Made by a program: the position numbers and the translations under genes. DNA of 62,066 nucleotides, filler included, from Sphacelaria rigidula (taxonomy: Eukaryota), in the NCBI GenBank assembly GCA_964200075.2. It is 9 parts of 9 records of this genome, joined end to end, with 100 filler letters (N's around TTAATTAATTAA, not from the genome) between each part and the next. Parts side by side here need not be neighbours in the genome. Positions count along the whole stretch, not along the records: positions 48,353 to 55,159 come from CAXNAA020017983.1; positions 55,260 to 62,066 come from CAXNAA020017984.1; 7 more parts are not named here. The stretch is one strand, 5' to 3'. Under the pieces are notes generated by a model. It ran no database searches and was not told the origin of the DNA. It saw nothing but the letters and a program-made list of their open reading frames with translations. Positions 48,353 through 62,066 of this stretch are shown in pieces; the first letter of the stretch is position 1; every line of letters begins with the position of its first letter.

Positions 48353-50426
48353 CAACGAGCCGCAGATCGCCCCCGAACCTCACAGAGCAGCCCGCTTAGG
48401 GTCGCGCTGCTGCCCACAGCCTCGCCCGGTCAGGTGGGGCTCACCATCGCCCCAGGCAAGCACGCAACGAGCGAAATCAGAATATGAGTACAAGCATAAT
48501 GCGGTACGATACGGCATCATTTTTCGCCGTACATTTCCCCGGTACAGTTTTCCAAAACGCCAGTGCCGCGCTGCTCCTTGCAGTCCAAATAAAATCCTGC
48601 ACGCTTTGGGGCTGCGGAAATAAATAAATAAATCGACACACACAATACATGAAACACCCACCACCACAAGACGAGCAGGCACACACACCATAGGACTCAT
48701 ATAGGACTCGGAATTCATTTTACTCGACTAAAGCGCGGTACGCTTTCTCATGGAGCTAGGGACAATAGAATAGGATAGGACGGACCGAGACGGGACAGTC
48801 ACCTCTGGAAACTGAGACACACAAGACGAACGGGACCCACTATCCCTGAAAAAAACACGACGTACGGGGCAGACGGGGTATCCCGTCTCGGATCTCGCGG
48901 GACGACCGGGTCTCATTCGGCATGTGCGCGTGAAGTAAACTCAGTGATAAGGGGTCGGAGCGGCGCCGACTATTTGAGACATGAACGAGACAAAGATCCG
49001 CCGACCTCTTCACATGGAACAACCGTCAACTACATACACTTCAGTAGTACCACAAACGAGAGGACCAAAATACAGAAGCACCAAAGAAGCTAACACCGAG
49101 AACGGCAAACAGTTCCCGCCACACGAAAGGGTCACAACCACCCGAACCGACAGCAATCGGTATCCGTGCGCCACTTTGTTCTCAGAATGCCACGCTGAGG
49201 TATTCACACGACCATCTCACATACTTCAATTTCCGGCGCTCAGGTGTGTGTACGCGCTCGCATGAATCATTGCCAGAAAGCAGATTCAGTAGTTCCAAGG
49301 TAATCATAAAAAAATATCCATGTTGCGGTGAAATTATTGTATTTCTCGTAGTGTAAGTTCGGGCGCCATCATAGGTGTAATTATGAGTCGGGACGAGACG
49401 AGACGTTCGCCTACAGGTAATATCCTGCCGTGTCCAGTCTATCGTCCTGTGAGATTTTCGTCCCGTGAAAAAATCTCTGGTATTTTTCGAGTTCGCGTTT
49501 GGAACAGTCGTCAATGAGATGCCACGAAGACAAGAAAAAGGATGGTGCAACTGTCGTTCAATCATATGCCATCGAGTAAAACGCGGACGGTGATCCAGAG
49601 GGTGAACTTTGTTTCGTCGAAGCGCAGCTGTTTCGATCACTCGAAAATGAGAATGAAAAAAAAAAACACGACACAACAAAGACAGAACACGACGATGGAC
49701 AAAAACTCACGTCAAAAGGCTCTCAGCGTAGGTAAAGAGATGCTCCCTTCTGCACGCCTCAATCGCGGCCACGTATGCAGTCACAGAGGGCTGGAGATTC
49801 TTATCCCTGCTTGATGCGATCACCGAAATCCACGCCGCCGAAACATCAAATTGTCCCGCACCATCATTACCCGGGACCAAACACCATTCGGTTTAATCAT
49901 TGACCCGCCCCACGATTATCCCGTGCCAGCGAGAGGGAACAGGAGGGTGGGTAGGAACAAAAAAGAGGTACAGGGACAGCAAAAGTTTCATCAGCAGGTG
50001 CGTGGCGAGACACGACACACAACACACAAAAGCGTAAAGTATGTCGATGTCGGCTAGGGCGCGACCTGCCGAACACCAAAATCGCCTTGCTAAAGACCTA
50101 CAGATGGTTCGGGATACCTTACCGCACAACTCCGCTACTACTGCTCTCGACAGGATGTGTAATTCCTCCTGCACCAAGCTACAAATTCGCCGCTGCGAGT
50201 GCCAACATCCAATGTAGGGGGGAACCTGCCTCAGATCCAAATGCGCCAATAAATGCATATCCACTTGCACTTACGCCACGTTCATCCGACACTAACTGCA
50301 TCGCGAAACACCACTTCCAATATGATTCGGTTTAAATGTACGCCTTGGGGGATCGATTCAACAAACGTCACGTCAGCCACAACTACTGACATCCCCACAA
50401 GAGTCGTGAGACCATTAAAGCTTCAC

Positions 50427-50670
50427 CTCATGGCCTTGATGAGCTGCAGCGCCCGCTTCCAGTCCCCCTCAGTGGCGTATTTGATTGCAGACTCATCGTA
50501 CTTCTTTGCCGAGCCACGCGCCTGTGCCGCAGGAATATTTTCCAAGGCATATTTCTTGGATGCAAAAAGGGTTTGTGCTGCCGACACAGTTTCCCCAGAA
50601 CTTTCCTGGGATGCAGGTGGCATTGGACTGGCATGTGCAACATTGGCGACAGAAAAAAGTGGGAGGTAGC
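50427..50670 (-). CDS. Possible exon with a PPR-like motif (may be a pseudogene)
   Basis: YDESAIKYATEGDWKRALQLIKAM-R|GTGAAG; a similar but frameshifted motif (AEGKDWRAALS..GIRPT) at about 52450-52535. Confidence 0.35.
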
Positions 50671-53600
50671 TTGGATAGGACCCTCGAAAGTTCGCGACTG
50701 CTTGAAATGGGAACCGAAAAATAGCAGTCGGCAATTGTCCGCTCGTCTTGGGCACCGGTACTTAGATCCCCGTTGCGCGACTACCACCTGGGAGATACCA
50801 GACGTGCGCCAAAACATTCATCTGCGGTGACCGTAATGACCCGAAGATAGACCACAAACGCTAGTCCTGGAGTCACAGCACCATTACGCTGGGAGAGATC
50901 CAAGTAGTGCCCAGGCAACATGCAGCCAGCAACACGCTGTATTCAGTACGCAATGGCAGCTAGCTAGCTCTACCTGTTTTGACGGCAAACTTTCGTGACA
51001 TGATTTCAGGGCCCATTACGACATCTCACGTCGAGTGGGAGTGTATATACCCCCGAAGACTGCTTGGTAGGTTGGTGCGACCACTTCCGCGACCAAAACT
51101 AGGAACCGATCAAATAAGGGGTATATTTTGGCCCTACGACAACGTTATTCGGGTGAAGAGACGGCCAGGAGGATCATGCCACGTCGGATGACGTCCTCTA
51201 CTTTCCAAGAGAATTTTGCAACACTTTGACGACTTTTTGGTGTCAACAGTTTGACTTTGGGGTAGGAAAAACACAACATGCAAAACCGTGCAAACATTTC
51301 CGATTTCCAAAATAGTATGCAAAAGCCCATGCACTCTTGAAAAATCGGGAACGCTCTTGGGGTTTTGCCCATCGCACCGCCTCCCTTCCGACCCCGACGT
51401 CAAACTGTGCACTCCAAAAATCGCCAAAGTGTACACAAATTCTCTGAAAGAGCAGAGCACGTTGTTGCGAGGTGGCATCATCCGCCTGCCCGTCTCTCCA
51501 TACAACAAGCTCTGCTGGAAGACCAAAATGTGCGCTTCCTTTGAGGCATGCGTATTCGTAGCCTCAAAATAAAGAGGCTCGAGAGGTTTTGTTTTATTTC
51601 GGTTGACACACGCCGGTGTGTTGTACAGTGGACTGACGAACTCCAGTTTCAACAATCTGCTCTCGTTCTCGACACACCCACTTCTGCCGTCAAAAATGCA
51701 GATTATGCCGCACGCAAATTACTGGATGTTGACAAAAGCCAAGACGGAACCACTCCGCAGTTGAGCTGGATAATCTTCTGCGAGAGTCGGGTGCTCCCCA
51801 TCGTGGCATTACACGGTGCTCAGCACAGGTAAGAATGGTCATAATCCTCACCTCACGCCACCACCACCGTCACCGTCTGAAACAAGGACAGCCTTCAGCG
51901 AACCGCCGCCTCCGCCGGTCCGACGAGAACCGGACGTGCGTGTATGCTCCCCGGACAACCCCCAACACGCCCTCAATCCCTTCGTGGTGGTCGATACACG
52001 GGTGGATGTTGCAGGCCGGTCCACATCACTAGCGAAATCATTTGTTGTCGCGCGGTATCCTCGGTCGTTTGGCTGTGGGTTAGTCTGCCGATGTTGCCGT
52101 ATCCGTAAGCTGGAGGGTGCCGCGTTTCCTCGCCCAGCACATGCCCCACGCCACCTGTCTCTCGACAGCAGCAAAGGAACGTCCACACGCGTGATCGGGC
52201 GGGGGAATAAAAAAACTGTGTCCCAGCGCCAACTTCATGTCGAATCGCGGGGTGGGAGGTGCTACAGGGCTACTGGTGTTGCCGAGCGCTCTCATTTGCA
52301 CGAGAGATAGATGGGCCCTGGTTTGTATCGTGCTTGAGAGTTTTCGGAGATGAGTGGAGCACGTGTGGACCACGGTCTACCTGATCTACTAATGTCGTTG
52401 AGCCCGACATATCTGATTTTACATACGCCCCGACCACAACAACGGCGCCCAAGGTGGGCCGGATACCCAAGCCTACATCTGTCATGTTCAGTTCTTCTGG
52501 ACAAGGCAGCCCTCCAATCCTTTCCCTCAGCCACCGATGAGAAGATGACGATTCCGTGCCGTGCTGCAATGGCATCATCTGCGGAAAACGATCAAAATGG
52601 TACCCTCTCGACGGCGGGTGTGCAAATTTGGCTGCATTTTTTTCGTCACAGTTACGCTAACTGCAACGTAGATGTTTATACCCGAGAGAATTTGCGAGTG
52701 CACAAGAAGAAATGCGGCGGATGATGCTAATGAACACAAAGCACGCCCCCACCTCGACGGCTGTTCACACGACGACTACGAGATTCACAGCACTCGATGA
52801 CCCATATGCTGTACTTCTCAGTCAACTCGTCGATGACATGCTTGGCGTTGCGTCAATCGGTCGCGAAGTGAAGCAAGAGTGCCGTTCTTGGACAAATACG
52901 TCAGGTCAAAGTGACTATCTTTGTGAAAAAAAAACGTGACACGGTATTCATGCAGGTAGTTCTGCTGGCCCAATCTCGCACCCAGGCCGTTGAAAAAAGG
53001 TGTCATGGGCTGCGTTGGACTGCGGCTACCCCCGGTGTCAGGCGTCCAGCGTGACTATCTGTAGGTGCTTGGGCGTACGTTGAAATGTCGAGCATACGTT
53101 TCCAAAGGCGAGATATCACAACCCCTAGGCTTTAATCTGAACGGTGTGGTGCCTATTGCGATGCGGTCTCCCTTGAAAAAGCTGGAACAATCGTCTTTCG
53201 ATCATTTCTACCAGCAGACGGATACACCTAGAAAGAGAAGTGTACCTCCCAGGAAGACGAGGGCGGTACGCCAATCGAACTAGGTTTTCGCGATTCGGTT
53301 GCTTTTTTCGCCGCCAAAATATCTGATGAAGCATACCGTAAGACACGCCTTGATTGCACCACACAGGTAGCTCGATTGCGGTGGAGCGTACCAGGTGCTT
53401 TTATATGGGGCGGGACGGGGGGGGTGAACAGTGCGCAGATCGTAGAAGCACATCCCGGTCTCATCAGTCACGAGGGAAACGTACTGCTCACGTGGCTTCA
53501 CTAGTGCTTATGAAAGAATCGGTACGGCTGCAATGTGATGCCCGTGAATGGGGCCCGATTTTGGGTACTATATACAGGGAGAATGGACGGACCAACTACA

Positions 53601-54490
53601 CAGTCACTTGAATGCAGAAGAAGTGAAACCTAAATGAGTCAATCAGTATCCATCACAAGTACACGCATCACTCGAAATGACGACGGCGCTCATACAAAAC
53701 GTACTATTGCTATAGTACATGCTACAACAACCCTGTGACTGACGTTGCTGTACACCTGTGAACAGGGTTACAATAGCAGGAGGATAGAAGCTGCTGTTCG
53801 TGTTGTTGTTGTGCCCCTCTTGTTGCAGTACGTTGTTGTGCTCATCTTTCAACGCAAATTTATCGGAAACGAAGCAGAGGATTGGACTGCGGTTTGATGC
53901 GTGCGCTTCCGACACACCAGAACTACTCGGTACCGCGGCGGATATCCGTAACGCGTGCCGCGGAGCCCGCAGCACTTTGCAAACAGTCAAAATGTACTAA
54001 AACACCCATTTTCTTTAACCTTCTGGGACGTGTCGGATCCACTGTGGCGAATTGAGCTCATCCGCCGCGTCCGTGAATAGATATATTTGTGTGCGGGAGG
54101 CTGTCAAGTGTCACAGGCCGGTTTGCTTCCTGTTTCGAGAGATATGTGATGAAAAAAATATAGCTGTCGCATACTAAACCTAGATAACTTAGGATGGAGC
54201 GTGTGTTCTGTTCGGCACAGGTTCGGCACAGGTCCGACCAGTGATTGACGTCTTCAATATCCCTCCGCGTTCGTTTTATTTTTTGTTGACGGATTTTTGG
54301 TCGGTAAGGCCTTTATTCAAGGGCATAAAATAAATATGCTTGATGCACGTGGCAACACCAGCTCTCGTACGATGAGTGTAATTGAGGATATTTCCTCGAT
54401 GTGGCATTAGCGTCGAACGGGTGCTTTAAGGGGTGGACGATGCGGAGGCACCTATGGATCCATGTACAGCACCATATACATGATGATGAC

Positions 54491-54536
54491 CACTGCACTG
54501 CACTGCACTGCCTGCACTGCACTGCCTGCACTGCAC
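54491..54536. repeat. (CACTG)n-like microsatellite
   Basis: Direct inspection. Confidence 0.85.
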
Positions 54537-55159
54537 AGTCGTTATGACTTGATGATACAAACCATGAAACACAAACATACGTCGTCGATATCATGGTATC
54601 GTGAACAATCCAATACACCATAGCTGGAGGGAACCATTTGCTCTCGTGTAGATTATTTACAGCCTTGCAGTCCACAGCGGGCACCGCAGTTGACGGGTCC
54701 CGACACCTGTTTCCCCGTTCGATCATCTTAATTCGCCTCAAAAGATGCACAAGCAAGTAGAAAAAAGCGCTGCATCTGCTGCACTTGAACGATGTCACCG
54801 GAGGTTTGACCGTCCCCCCGCGCCTCCTTCTCGGTCATTGGCCTACCACGTACGTGGTATCGTGCTAGCTGCGTTGGGGCATGGACCTGCAGTGCTGTAT
54901 CAGCAAATACACAGCTGGCGGCGACGACATTTTCATGTTGCTATTCGACACGCGGAGCGAAGGATCGATAAGAAGCCCACGCACACTACACCCCCAGCGT
55001 GCAGGTATATGTATGAGTCATCCTACGATAGGTGGGGGGGAGGGTATTTTGGGCCATTTCTTGCTCGAAATTTCGATTCAGATCGTCGTTGAAAGCAGCA
55101 ACGGTTGTTCGAACAACCTTGCCGTGGCTTCCTCACGCTCATCTGCCCTGCCTGCCCCC

Positions 55160-55259
55160 NNNNNNNNNNNNNNNNNNNNNNNNNNNNNNNNNNNNNNNNN
55201 NNNTTAATTAATTAANNNNNNNNNNNNNNNNNNNNNNNNNNNNNNNNNNNNNNNNNNNN
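55160..55259. other. Artificial contig linker
   Basis: 44 N + TTAATTAATTAA + 44 N. Confidence 0.99.
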
Positions 55260-55907
55260 TATTTTCGGGGGTTGCCCGTCTTCCGTGCCCCCAAAGTGTA
55301 TATGCGAAAGCACCAATTTCGGGCTAAAAACGTCCCCCTTCCCGCCCCGATATCGAGGGGAAAAGGTGCTTTCGCACATACGCGTTGGGAGCACGGGAGA
55401 CGGGCACCTCCAAAAAACAGGTTTAGGGAGGTCGGGGGGCATGAGGTCGCCCATGTGAAATTCATTAGTCATGACTTTAGGTCGGGGAAAGCACTGTTCT
55501 CGAGGTAAATGTCATGAAGCTAGGAGGCGTCTATGATGAAACCTGGGATTCTATAAGTTGAGGGTCTGATTCAGCTTGGCTAGGCCGGATGTGAGACTGA
55601 TCAAAAGGCACAGGCATGGGTCCTTCAGCCCTCTTGCGGTACTCGCCCGGGTGCAGCTGATTGTTAAGCCATTGATATAGCCGGAGAGCAGCTGAGAGAG
55701 CATTGAAAGGAGCGATAACGAATACGAGTGAACAAGAGTCTTTTGTATCAAGTGGGTATAGCTTACTGCGTGAAGCTTTTGTGGTGTTAGCTGCTTTGAA
55801 CACCTCTATAACCCGATCCCTTGTGAGGACAGAGCCTTGGACGCATCTGACCTCTGACCCGACCGGCTTGCACCAAGAGGGTGCATCCCGCTTAATACTA
55901 TAACAAT

Positions 55908-55924
55908 TGGCGTCGACGGTAGGA
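55908..55924 (+). promoter_or_regulatory. gypsy PBS complementary to a tRNA 3' end (possibly Leu)
   Basis: TGGCGTCGACGGTAGGA, 2 nt after the LTR-terminal CA. Confidence 0.7.
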
Positions 55925-55933
55925 CGCCACAGA

Positions 55934-57709
55934 CATGAGGTTGCCGACCATGAGCGCAATCGCCGCGCTGATTCTCACAACCCCCGCGGAGGTTCAAGCT
56001 CCTCCTCTGTGAAAAATCAACCACACCGTGTAACTCGTCCCACCACCGTTTTAAACCAGACACATCAGAATAACGGCTCGTCGAGCTCTTCTTCCGCCAA
56101 GCCCAGGATTCGGTCTGCCGCACACTCGCCTGCGTCGAATCCTACCACCCTAAGTGGCGCCACACCGCGTTTAGCAGAAGTTTCGCGCCAGATTTTAGGC
56201 CTTTTGGACGACAACTCGGATAAACCGGTATCTTCCACTTCGGCTCGCAGTCTGGCTGCCGCTGCCGCCGAGCGAGAGCAAGCTGTTGCTAGTGCAGCAG
56301 CAGCCTCCGCTCGAGCGGAATCCGCCCGCACCGCCGCCATTCAGAGAGAATACATCGAAATAGACGTGAAAAAACTTTGGCGGGTAAAATCCATGCCTGC
56401 AGCAGACAACGAAGACTCGGGACAGTTCAGTTCTGCTCTCATCATCTTTACGCTGCACTCTTCGGAACATCCTTCAGCTAGCAGACTCTACGGGTGCTCA
56501 ACGTTTCGAAAATTCTAACTGGGTTGATGGTTGGCAGACTCCGCTCCTCAAAGCTCTGCACCGCGCCATCCACCGCCGCTCGCTCGACCCTGCCGCTGCT
56601 TTGACACAAGTCCTTGATGGTTTCATGGCCGCTATGGATGCGGACCGCGCCTCGGGGAAGTCAGGCCCGGATTTACTCCGTGATCTGGAGCGCCGCTTGA
56701 CCGGCTACTTCGATCTTAGCACCCAAGGGAGTGCTATCCAACGACTTAGTTCTTTTGGAGTCGCAACTGATGTTCCCTTCGCGGACTACCTCCGAGCATT
56801 TAAGCTTCTCGTTTCCAGTACTATGAGAGTAGGTCGCCAGACTGGTCCATCAGATGCCATGTGTGAATCATATGTGAGGAATAGTGTTTCCGAGCAGTTC
56901 CCAACACTGATGCCGTCGTTGTTTCCAGGTGCTTTAGTCCACCGCGAAGTGCCTAACCCCTCTGTAAATGCGATGTGGAGTGCGTTCGTTCATCAAGAAA
57001 ATAATTTGACGCCGGCCATTCGCGGCGACAAGTATGCTTCAGCTCGTTCCTAGTCTGCTTATGCGCCTTCTTCGACCCCTTCAGGGTCCCGCCACCGGTC
57101 TCACACTTCGCTTCGTTCCTCGTGGGTGCCCGCCTCTGTGGCCGGCTCCGTTATGAGCGTTGCAAACAAGAGAGACCCATTCAGCGCCAGTTTGGACGGA
57201 TGGCCGTACTCCGCTAAGGCTTGGGATGATGTCTACACTGTATCCACGTCTGCGTTCACTACAGATGACCCACATCTGTGGAACCTCCTCCTCTCGTCTG
57301 CTGCCGGACACGAGGCCTTCAGCCGCCACGCCAATAGTTGCACTATGTGTAAGACCCAGGGGCACAGTATGCGCGATTGTATTCGCCCTTGTATCAACCC
57401 CTTCGACCTCATCAACTCTGAGCTCCAGGACAACGAGCCAGCATGGGCCGATGGCAGAAACGCATGCGCGGATACCGCTTACCCAACCGTCGTTCTCGCC
57501 GCCCTTCCAACAACCGCGACAACACTCGCTCGAAGCGCGACAGTCGTCCCAACAACAATAAGAACTCTAGCTCCCAGCGCAGAGACAGTTCTTCTCACCG
57601 TCACCGGAATTCCGCCGATCGGCACCAGCGTACGGGGCCGAATCACACTCACTCGAACCCCAACGCCAGAAACCCTGGTTTCTTCATGACTGATCGTACC
57701 GATCCATGA
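55934..57709 (+). pseudogene. gypsy gag-like region, fragmented
   Basis: ORFs 55907-56518, 56601-57053, 57126-57689, 57443-57709; CX2CX4HX4C followed by an R/N/S-rich tail. Confidence 0.7.
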
Positions 57710-58848
57710 CATGCCGATGCCGGCGTTTTTACGTCTTCGGCGCCGCCGACAGCACACACGAAGACTACTTCAACACCAACCGCGGCACGAGTGACCAAAC
57801 GTTTTCGCTCAACCTCCCCGGCACTTTGAAGAAGTTCTAATGACGGCCGCTCACATCAACCCCCATCTTCACCTCTTCGTACACAGCGTAACAGTTGCGT
57901 TGAATCACAACTTAGCCCCACCCTTGGCTCTGGACTTGGTCCTCAGGAACTGAGCGTAAGTCTGAGGTGTGGGAACACCAACCGCCCGTCTCTGAGGCAC
58001 AGGCTTCCCTCAGCGACCGCACGCACAGGCAGTAGTGTAATTCACTCGACTGGTTCAAGTGTCGCTGGTCAGAATTTGACCGCTTCGGATCAGGTAACAC
58101 CTACCCAGGTCGAAGGAGTTCATTCTTCGCGTTCATTGCACCATGCAAAGCTACCCCTGAATGGTTTCCACACAAACCATCCTACCATACCTTCGGCTAT
58201 GACTCCGCAGCCAAGCTTGCCAGCGGACAGCCCACAAGCTTCGCCAGAGCATGCCCCGATGCTGACCCCATCCACTCAACTGGACGCAGTTGGGTTTCGC
58301 TCAAACACTTTGGAAGTTCCCCGCCCTTTGTCACGGCGAGAGAGGAAGCCCCATGAACATGCCCCCACTGAAGCGCGCGCAGCAACACGTACACCTCCCT
58401 CGAGCGGAAACTCTCGACCTCACTATCTCCAAAATGCGACGACTTTGAGCTCGATGAATTTATCAAGTGTCCTAGAAGAATCCAAATCAGATATTTCGGA
58501 TATTTCTCCCTCTTCTGCGGACTACATTGAACATGACGGGTCTACTTTAGGCGTTGATCCCTGCGTTCCCAACACGGTCATATATGAAATTGCTAATGAC
58601 CCGCCGAGCTGTGCTCACTCTGGGGACTACACATCATCCACCAAACTTTCTGGTGAGAACGTTGACCCCCCGGCGGATCACCCGCCCTCCGTTTTCGCCG
58701 TCAACACTACTGATTCCGATCAATTTACACTGGCTGAACACGGTCCGGATCTTGTCGGCGGTAAAGTGTCTGTTGACCCTGCCACTTTACTACTCGCGTA
58801 GCGCTCCATTGCGGACCATACGCAACCGCGACGGCCAAATGCGTCTCT

Positions 58849-61241
58849 TTGTTAGACAGCGGCAACCCACAAACATTTATTAGTGAATCAATTTGGGAAC
58901 ATATGAAACCGATTGGCGCTGCTTCAGCAGCTTGCGAAATCACCACCAAACCTCGAGTATGGGGCGGTTTTGGTGTTTCCACCGCACCTTTGACCACACA
59001 AATATCAGTTCGTCTCAGTGTGCAATTCTTTCACAACACAACTCGTTCTGCAAGCCTTGCCGTCTGGGCATATGTTGTCCCCGACAGCACCATGGCTCAC
59101 GCCTTACTCACGGGCCGAGATAGTTACATGCGGTTTAATCAACGCGCCTACCGCACGCTACCAGCATTATCGCCACAGTCTGTGCCTCGTGGAGAACTCA
59201 ACTTTGAGGATTTCGATACTCTTCACGGCGCCTTGGCCTACCAAAAAAATGAACAAGCTACCGGAGCTGCTTACCACCTTCGATACGATGGTACTACTGG
59301 TGTTACCCTCTCCGATGATCCTCAACTGTTAGAAGTTGCCTTCGTTCGCCGAAATGGCATGCCTGCCCTTACGGGACATTACCTCGCTGAAATGCTTCCT
59401 CGGGTTGGTTCGCCTGCCGGCACAGAACACTTGTCTTCGCAGGGAAACAACTTTTGCCACTCACGGGTCACGCTAACTTGGAACCCGGAGATGTTTTGGG
59501 TATTGCTGCTGCTCCCCTCATGCACATTCCACTTGAAACATGTGCCACTGAACCCTCTACGCCCAACCCAGCGCCTCCGACAGACGGCTCTGTCTATTTC
59601 ATCGATGAGCCTTACTTCGACGTAACCTCTTCGTCTTCATCACGTATTCACACCGTGGACCCTGCACCGTCAACGTCCGAACCTCCTGTTGAAGTGCTGC
59701 AACGCCCATCACCGGAATCTCGGACGAGTTTCTTGCACATGTGGGATCAACTTCCACCCCATTTACGTGACATCAATTTTGACCTACATGGACCCGGTTG
59801 GGAACCCGCTGTAATCAAAGAATTGAGCGATGTTTTATTGAAGTACCAAGACACATTTTCTCGATCCAAAACGGATCCGGGGCATTGCAAAACGCTGCCC
59901 TTTGAAATCACCCTTCAACCTGGCGTTTCGCCAATCTCTTCTCGACCGTATCGGACGAACCCCATTCTTACCAGAAAAGTTAAAGCCATTTTAGATGCGT
60001 ACTTAGGTGCCGGATTAATCCAACATTCCTCTTTTCCGTGGGTTTCACCGCTAGTGGTGGTCCCCAAAAAGGATGGAAACATCCGCATCACCGTGAATTA
60101 TCAACGGATGAATCGCGTCACTGTAGTGGGAAAACTTCCCATTCTCCGCATAGATGAGGTCTTCGACTCTTTAGGCGAAGGAAAAATATTCAGCACCTTC
60201 GACCTCGCTTCTGAATTTTTCCAGAACGCCATCCACCCTGATACAATCCCACTGACAGCGTTCTGTACATCTTCTGGGCTCTACAAATGGCTTCGTTTGC
60301 CACAAGGTGCCGCCAGTGCACCAGGTTGTTTTCAACGCTTAATGCAACGCGTTACAGAGAATCTCGAACACGTCATCATGCACTTGGACGACGCTATCGC
60401 ATTCGATGCCCCCCCTCTTGCGCATGTGCGCACCTTGCGAGAGTTTCTTTCTCGCCTGCGGAAGCACGATCTGAAACTGTCTCCATCCAAAGCTCGCCTT
60501 GGCGCGACTGAACTGGATTTTCTGGGACACTAATTTTCACCGGCGGGTCTACATCCCGAAACCAACAAAGTCAGAGCAATGACTGAATTGCTGATGCCCA
60601 CGAACATTACTTAGCTCCGCTCATTGTTGGGTGGACTGTCCTACTATCGCAAATGTTTGCCTAACCTGTCCAAACGGATTCGCCCTATTACGGACTTGCT
60701 TAATAAAGGCGCCGCGTCTGTCTTCACCAACGATATGGAAGCTATCGTGCGCGACTTGCTGAAAACGCTCACTGAAAAACCGGCCCTTTGTTTCCCAGAC
60801 TGGGATGCCGTACAAGACGGCTCTCGCCTCTTTCAACTACATACAGACGCGAGCACCGACGGGCTCGGCGCGGTCCTGAATCAGCCTCAACTCGATGGCT
60901 CTATTCGACCCATCCTCTATATCAGTCGCGCCACCCTTCCAAACGAGACCAACTGGCGTCCACTGGATCTGGAAGGCGGAGTCATCACTTGGGCCATAAA
61001 GCGCCTTCGACAATATTTGTTCCATGTGCCTTTCCAAATCCACACGGATCACGGAGCACTTGAACAACTCGCCAAAGTTGGCGAACATAACCCGCGTGTG
61101 CAACGGTGGTTGGAGTTCCTGACAGCTTATCAGTATACTGTGTCAAACACCGCCCTGGCAAAACCAACGGGAATGCTGATCTTCTCTCCCGCTTGCCCCT
61201 CCCTCCAACGGCTGTGGATTTCAGCCCCGCTTGCCGACTAA
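58849..61241 (+). pseudogene. gypsy pol (PR-RT-RNase H) with frameshifts and stops
   Basis: ORFs 58849-59625, 59454-60533, 60624-61241. Confidence 0.93.
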
Positions 61242-61991
61242 CCGAGCCCGATGAACCCGGCGTGTATCCTGTCCGGCGTTTCTCAACGCCCATCTACGCC
61301 CTTGACCTTCATTGCCCAGAGACGGGTATGCACATGGGCGGCCCCTGCCCCCTACCGTATGATGCAGTCTTGAGTGGGCTACAACCCACCGACGCCGATT
61401 TCGTCCATTTCCGTACTATGGGTCCTCGTGCCAAAATTGCAGTTTCGCCCGCTCCAGTTGTCCATCTCATTTTCGACAACACGCGTTCTCGGTCTGCCGC
61501 CCACGCTAACCCTCCCCGCGCCCCGCCGCTACCGACAACACCTACTGCTCCTGCGACAACGTAGCGCCGGCTCCCCGCAACACCGCACCACGAGCCTTGA
61601 CAACCCCCGCCACGCGCAGTTCTAACAACAAGCGCCGACCGCAATCTCCGGTGCGCACTACTGCGACATTGCCGCCCGCCGCGGTCCCGTCAGTGCCCAC
61701 CCCTTCCGATGCTTCCGATGTTCACATCGACGTTGGCATCTCCCCCCCGTCGCCTGTTCCACCGCTTCCTGAGCCACCATGTCTGGTCGGCTCTCCAGCG
61801 GAAGGCCAACTACGCGAATTTCTCGCCAGTTACTCCCATCGTGATTGGGCTCGGGAACAACAAGCAGACCCATTATGCCGCGCAACCATGCCGCACCTCC
61901 GTATTGGCTGCCCTGCTCCTATCCCGGCCATTTTTTTGGCCCCGATTGGCACACTGCCACCACCAAACGCCGCTGAGGTGTACAAACTTGC

Positions 61992-62066
61992 GAGTCATCC
62001 TACGATAGGGGGGGGGTATTTGGTTGCACGAAAAACGAGGCTCATAAGTGTGTCAGACATCCTTCT
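61992..62066. mobile_element. GAG-terminus element end truncating the gypsy
   Basis: GAGTCATCCTACGATAGG identical to 55015-55032; related to the 2006 TIR. Confidence 0.6.

Larger units (their letters stand above)
55510..61991 (+). mobile_element. Decayed Ty3/gypsy LTR retrotransposon (5' LTR, PBS, gag, PR, RT, RNase H; integrase not reached)
   Basis: LTR TGTCATG...TATAACA (55510-55905), PBS, knuckle CTMCKTQGHSMRDC, LDSG protease, RT (SPLVVVPKKDG, LPQG, HLDD), RNase H (HTDAS, TDH). Confidence 0.93.

Noticed and set aside
60380-60392. Unusual RT motif HLDD
   Set aside because: A single T>C change from YLDD in an element with many stops and frameshifts; decay

Overview
This window is not one locus. 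It is nine unrelated small contigs of 6,807-6,808 bp, apparently size-sorted and joined by an artificial 100-bp linker (44 N + TTAATTAATTAA + 44 N), so adjacency across linkers means nothing. The DNA is eukaryotic and repeat-rich, with GT-AG introns. It is most likely a photosynthetic stramenopile, probably a brown alga; this is inferred from bipartite signal-peptide + 'ASAF' plastid presequences, a flagellar DRC1 exon and short exons in long introns. Mobile content: two decayed Ty1/copia elements of one family plus a third LTR/PBS and a gag relic, one decayed Ty3/gypsy element, a mariner relic, tRNA-derived SINE heads and several MITE families. Host gene fragments: plastid glutathione reductase (2 exons), MsrB last exon (absent from the ORF track), DRC1 last exon, a 3-exon Tubby-like gene, and a plastid trigger-factor-like gene head-to-head with another presequence exon. 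The most unusual structure is a 330-bp indel-free foldback (46441-46770) built from mariner transposase coding sequence, with a 56-bp perfect core; it is a candidate transposon-derived hairpin/small-RNA locus. No CRISPR array, rRNA or convincing tRNA gene was seen. All homology calls are by eye.
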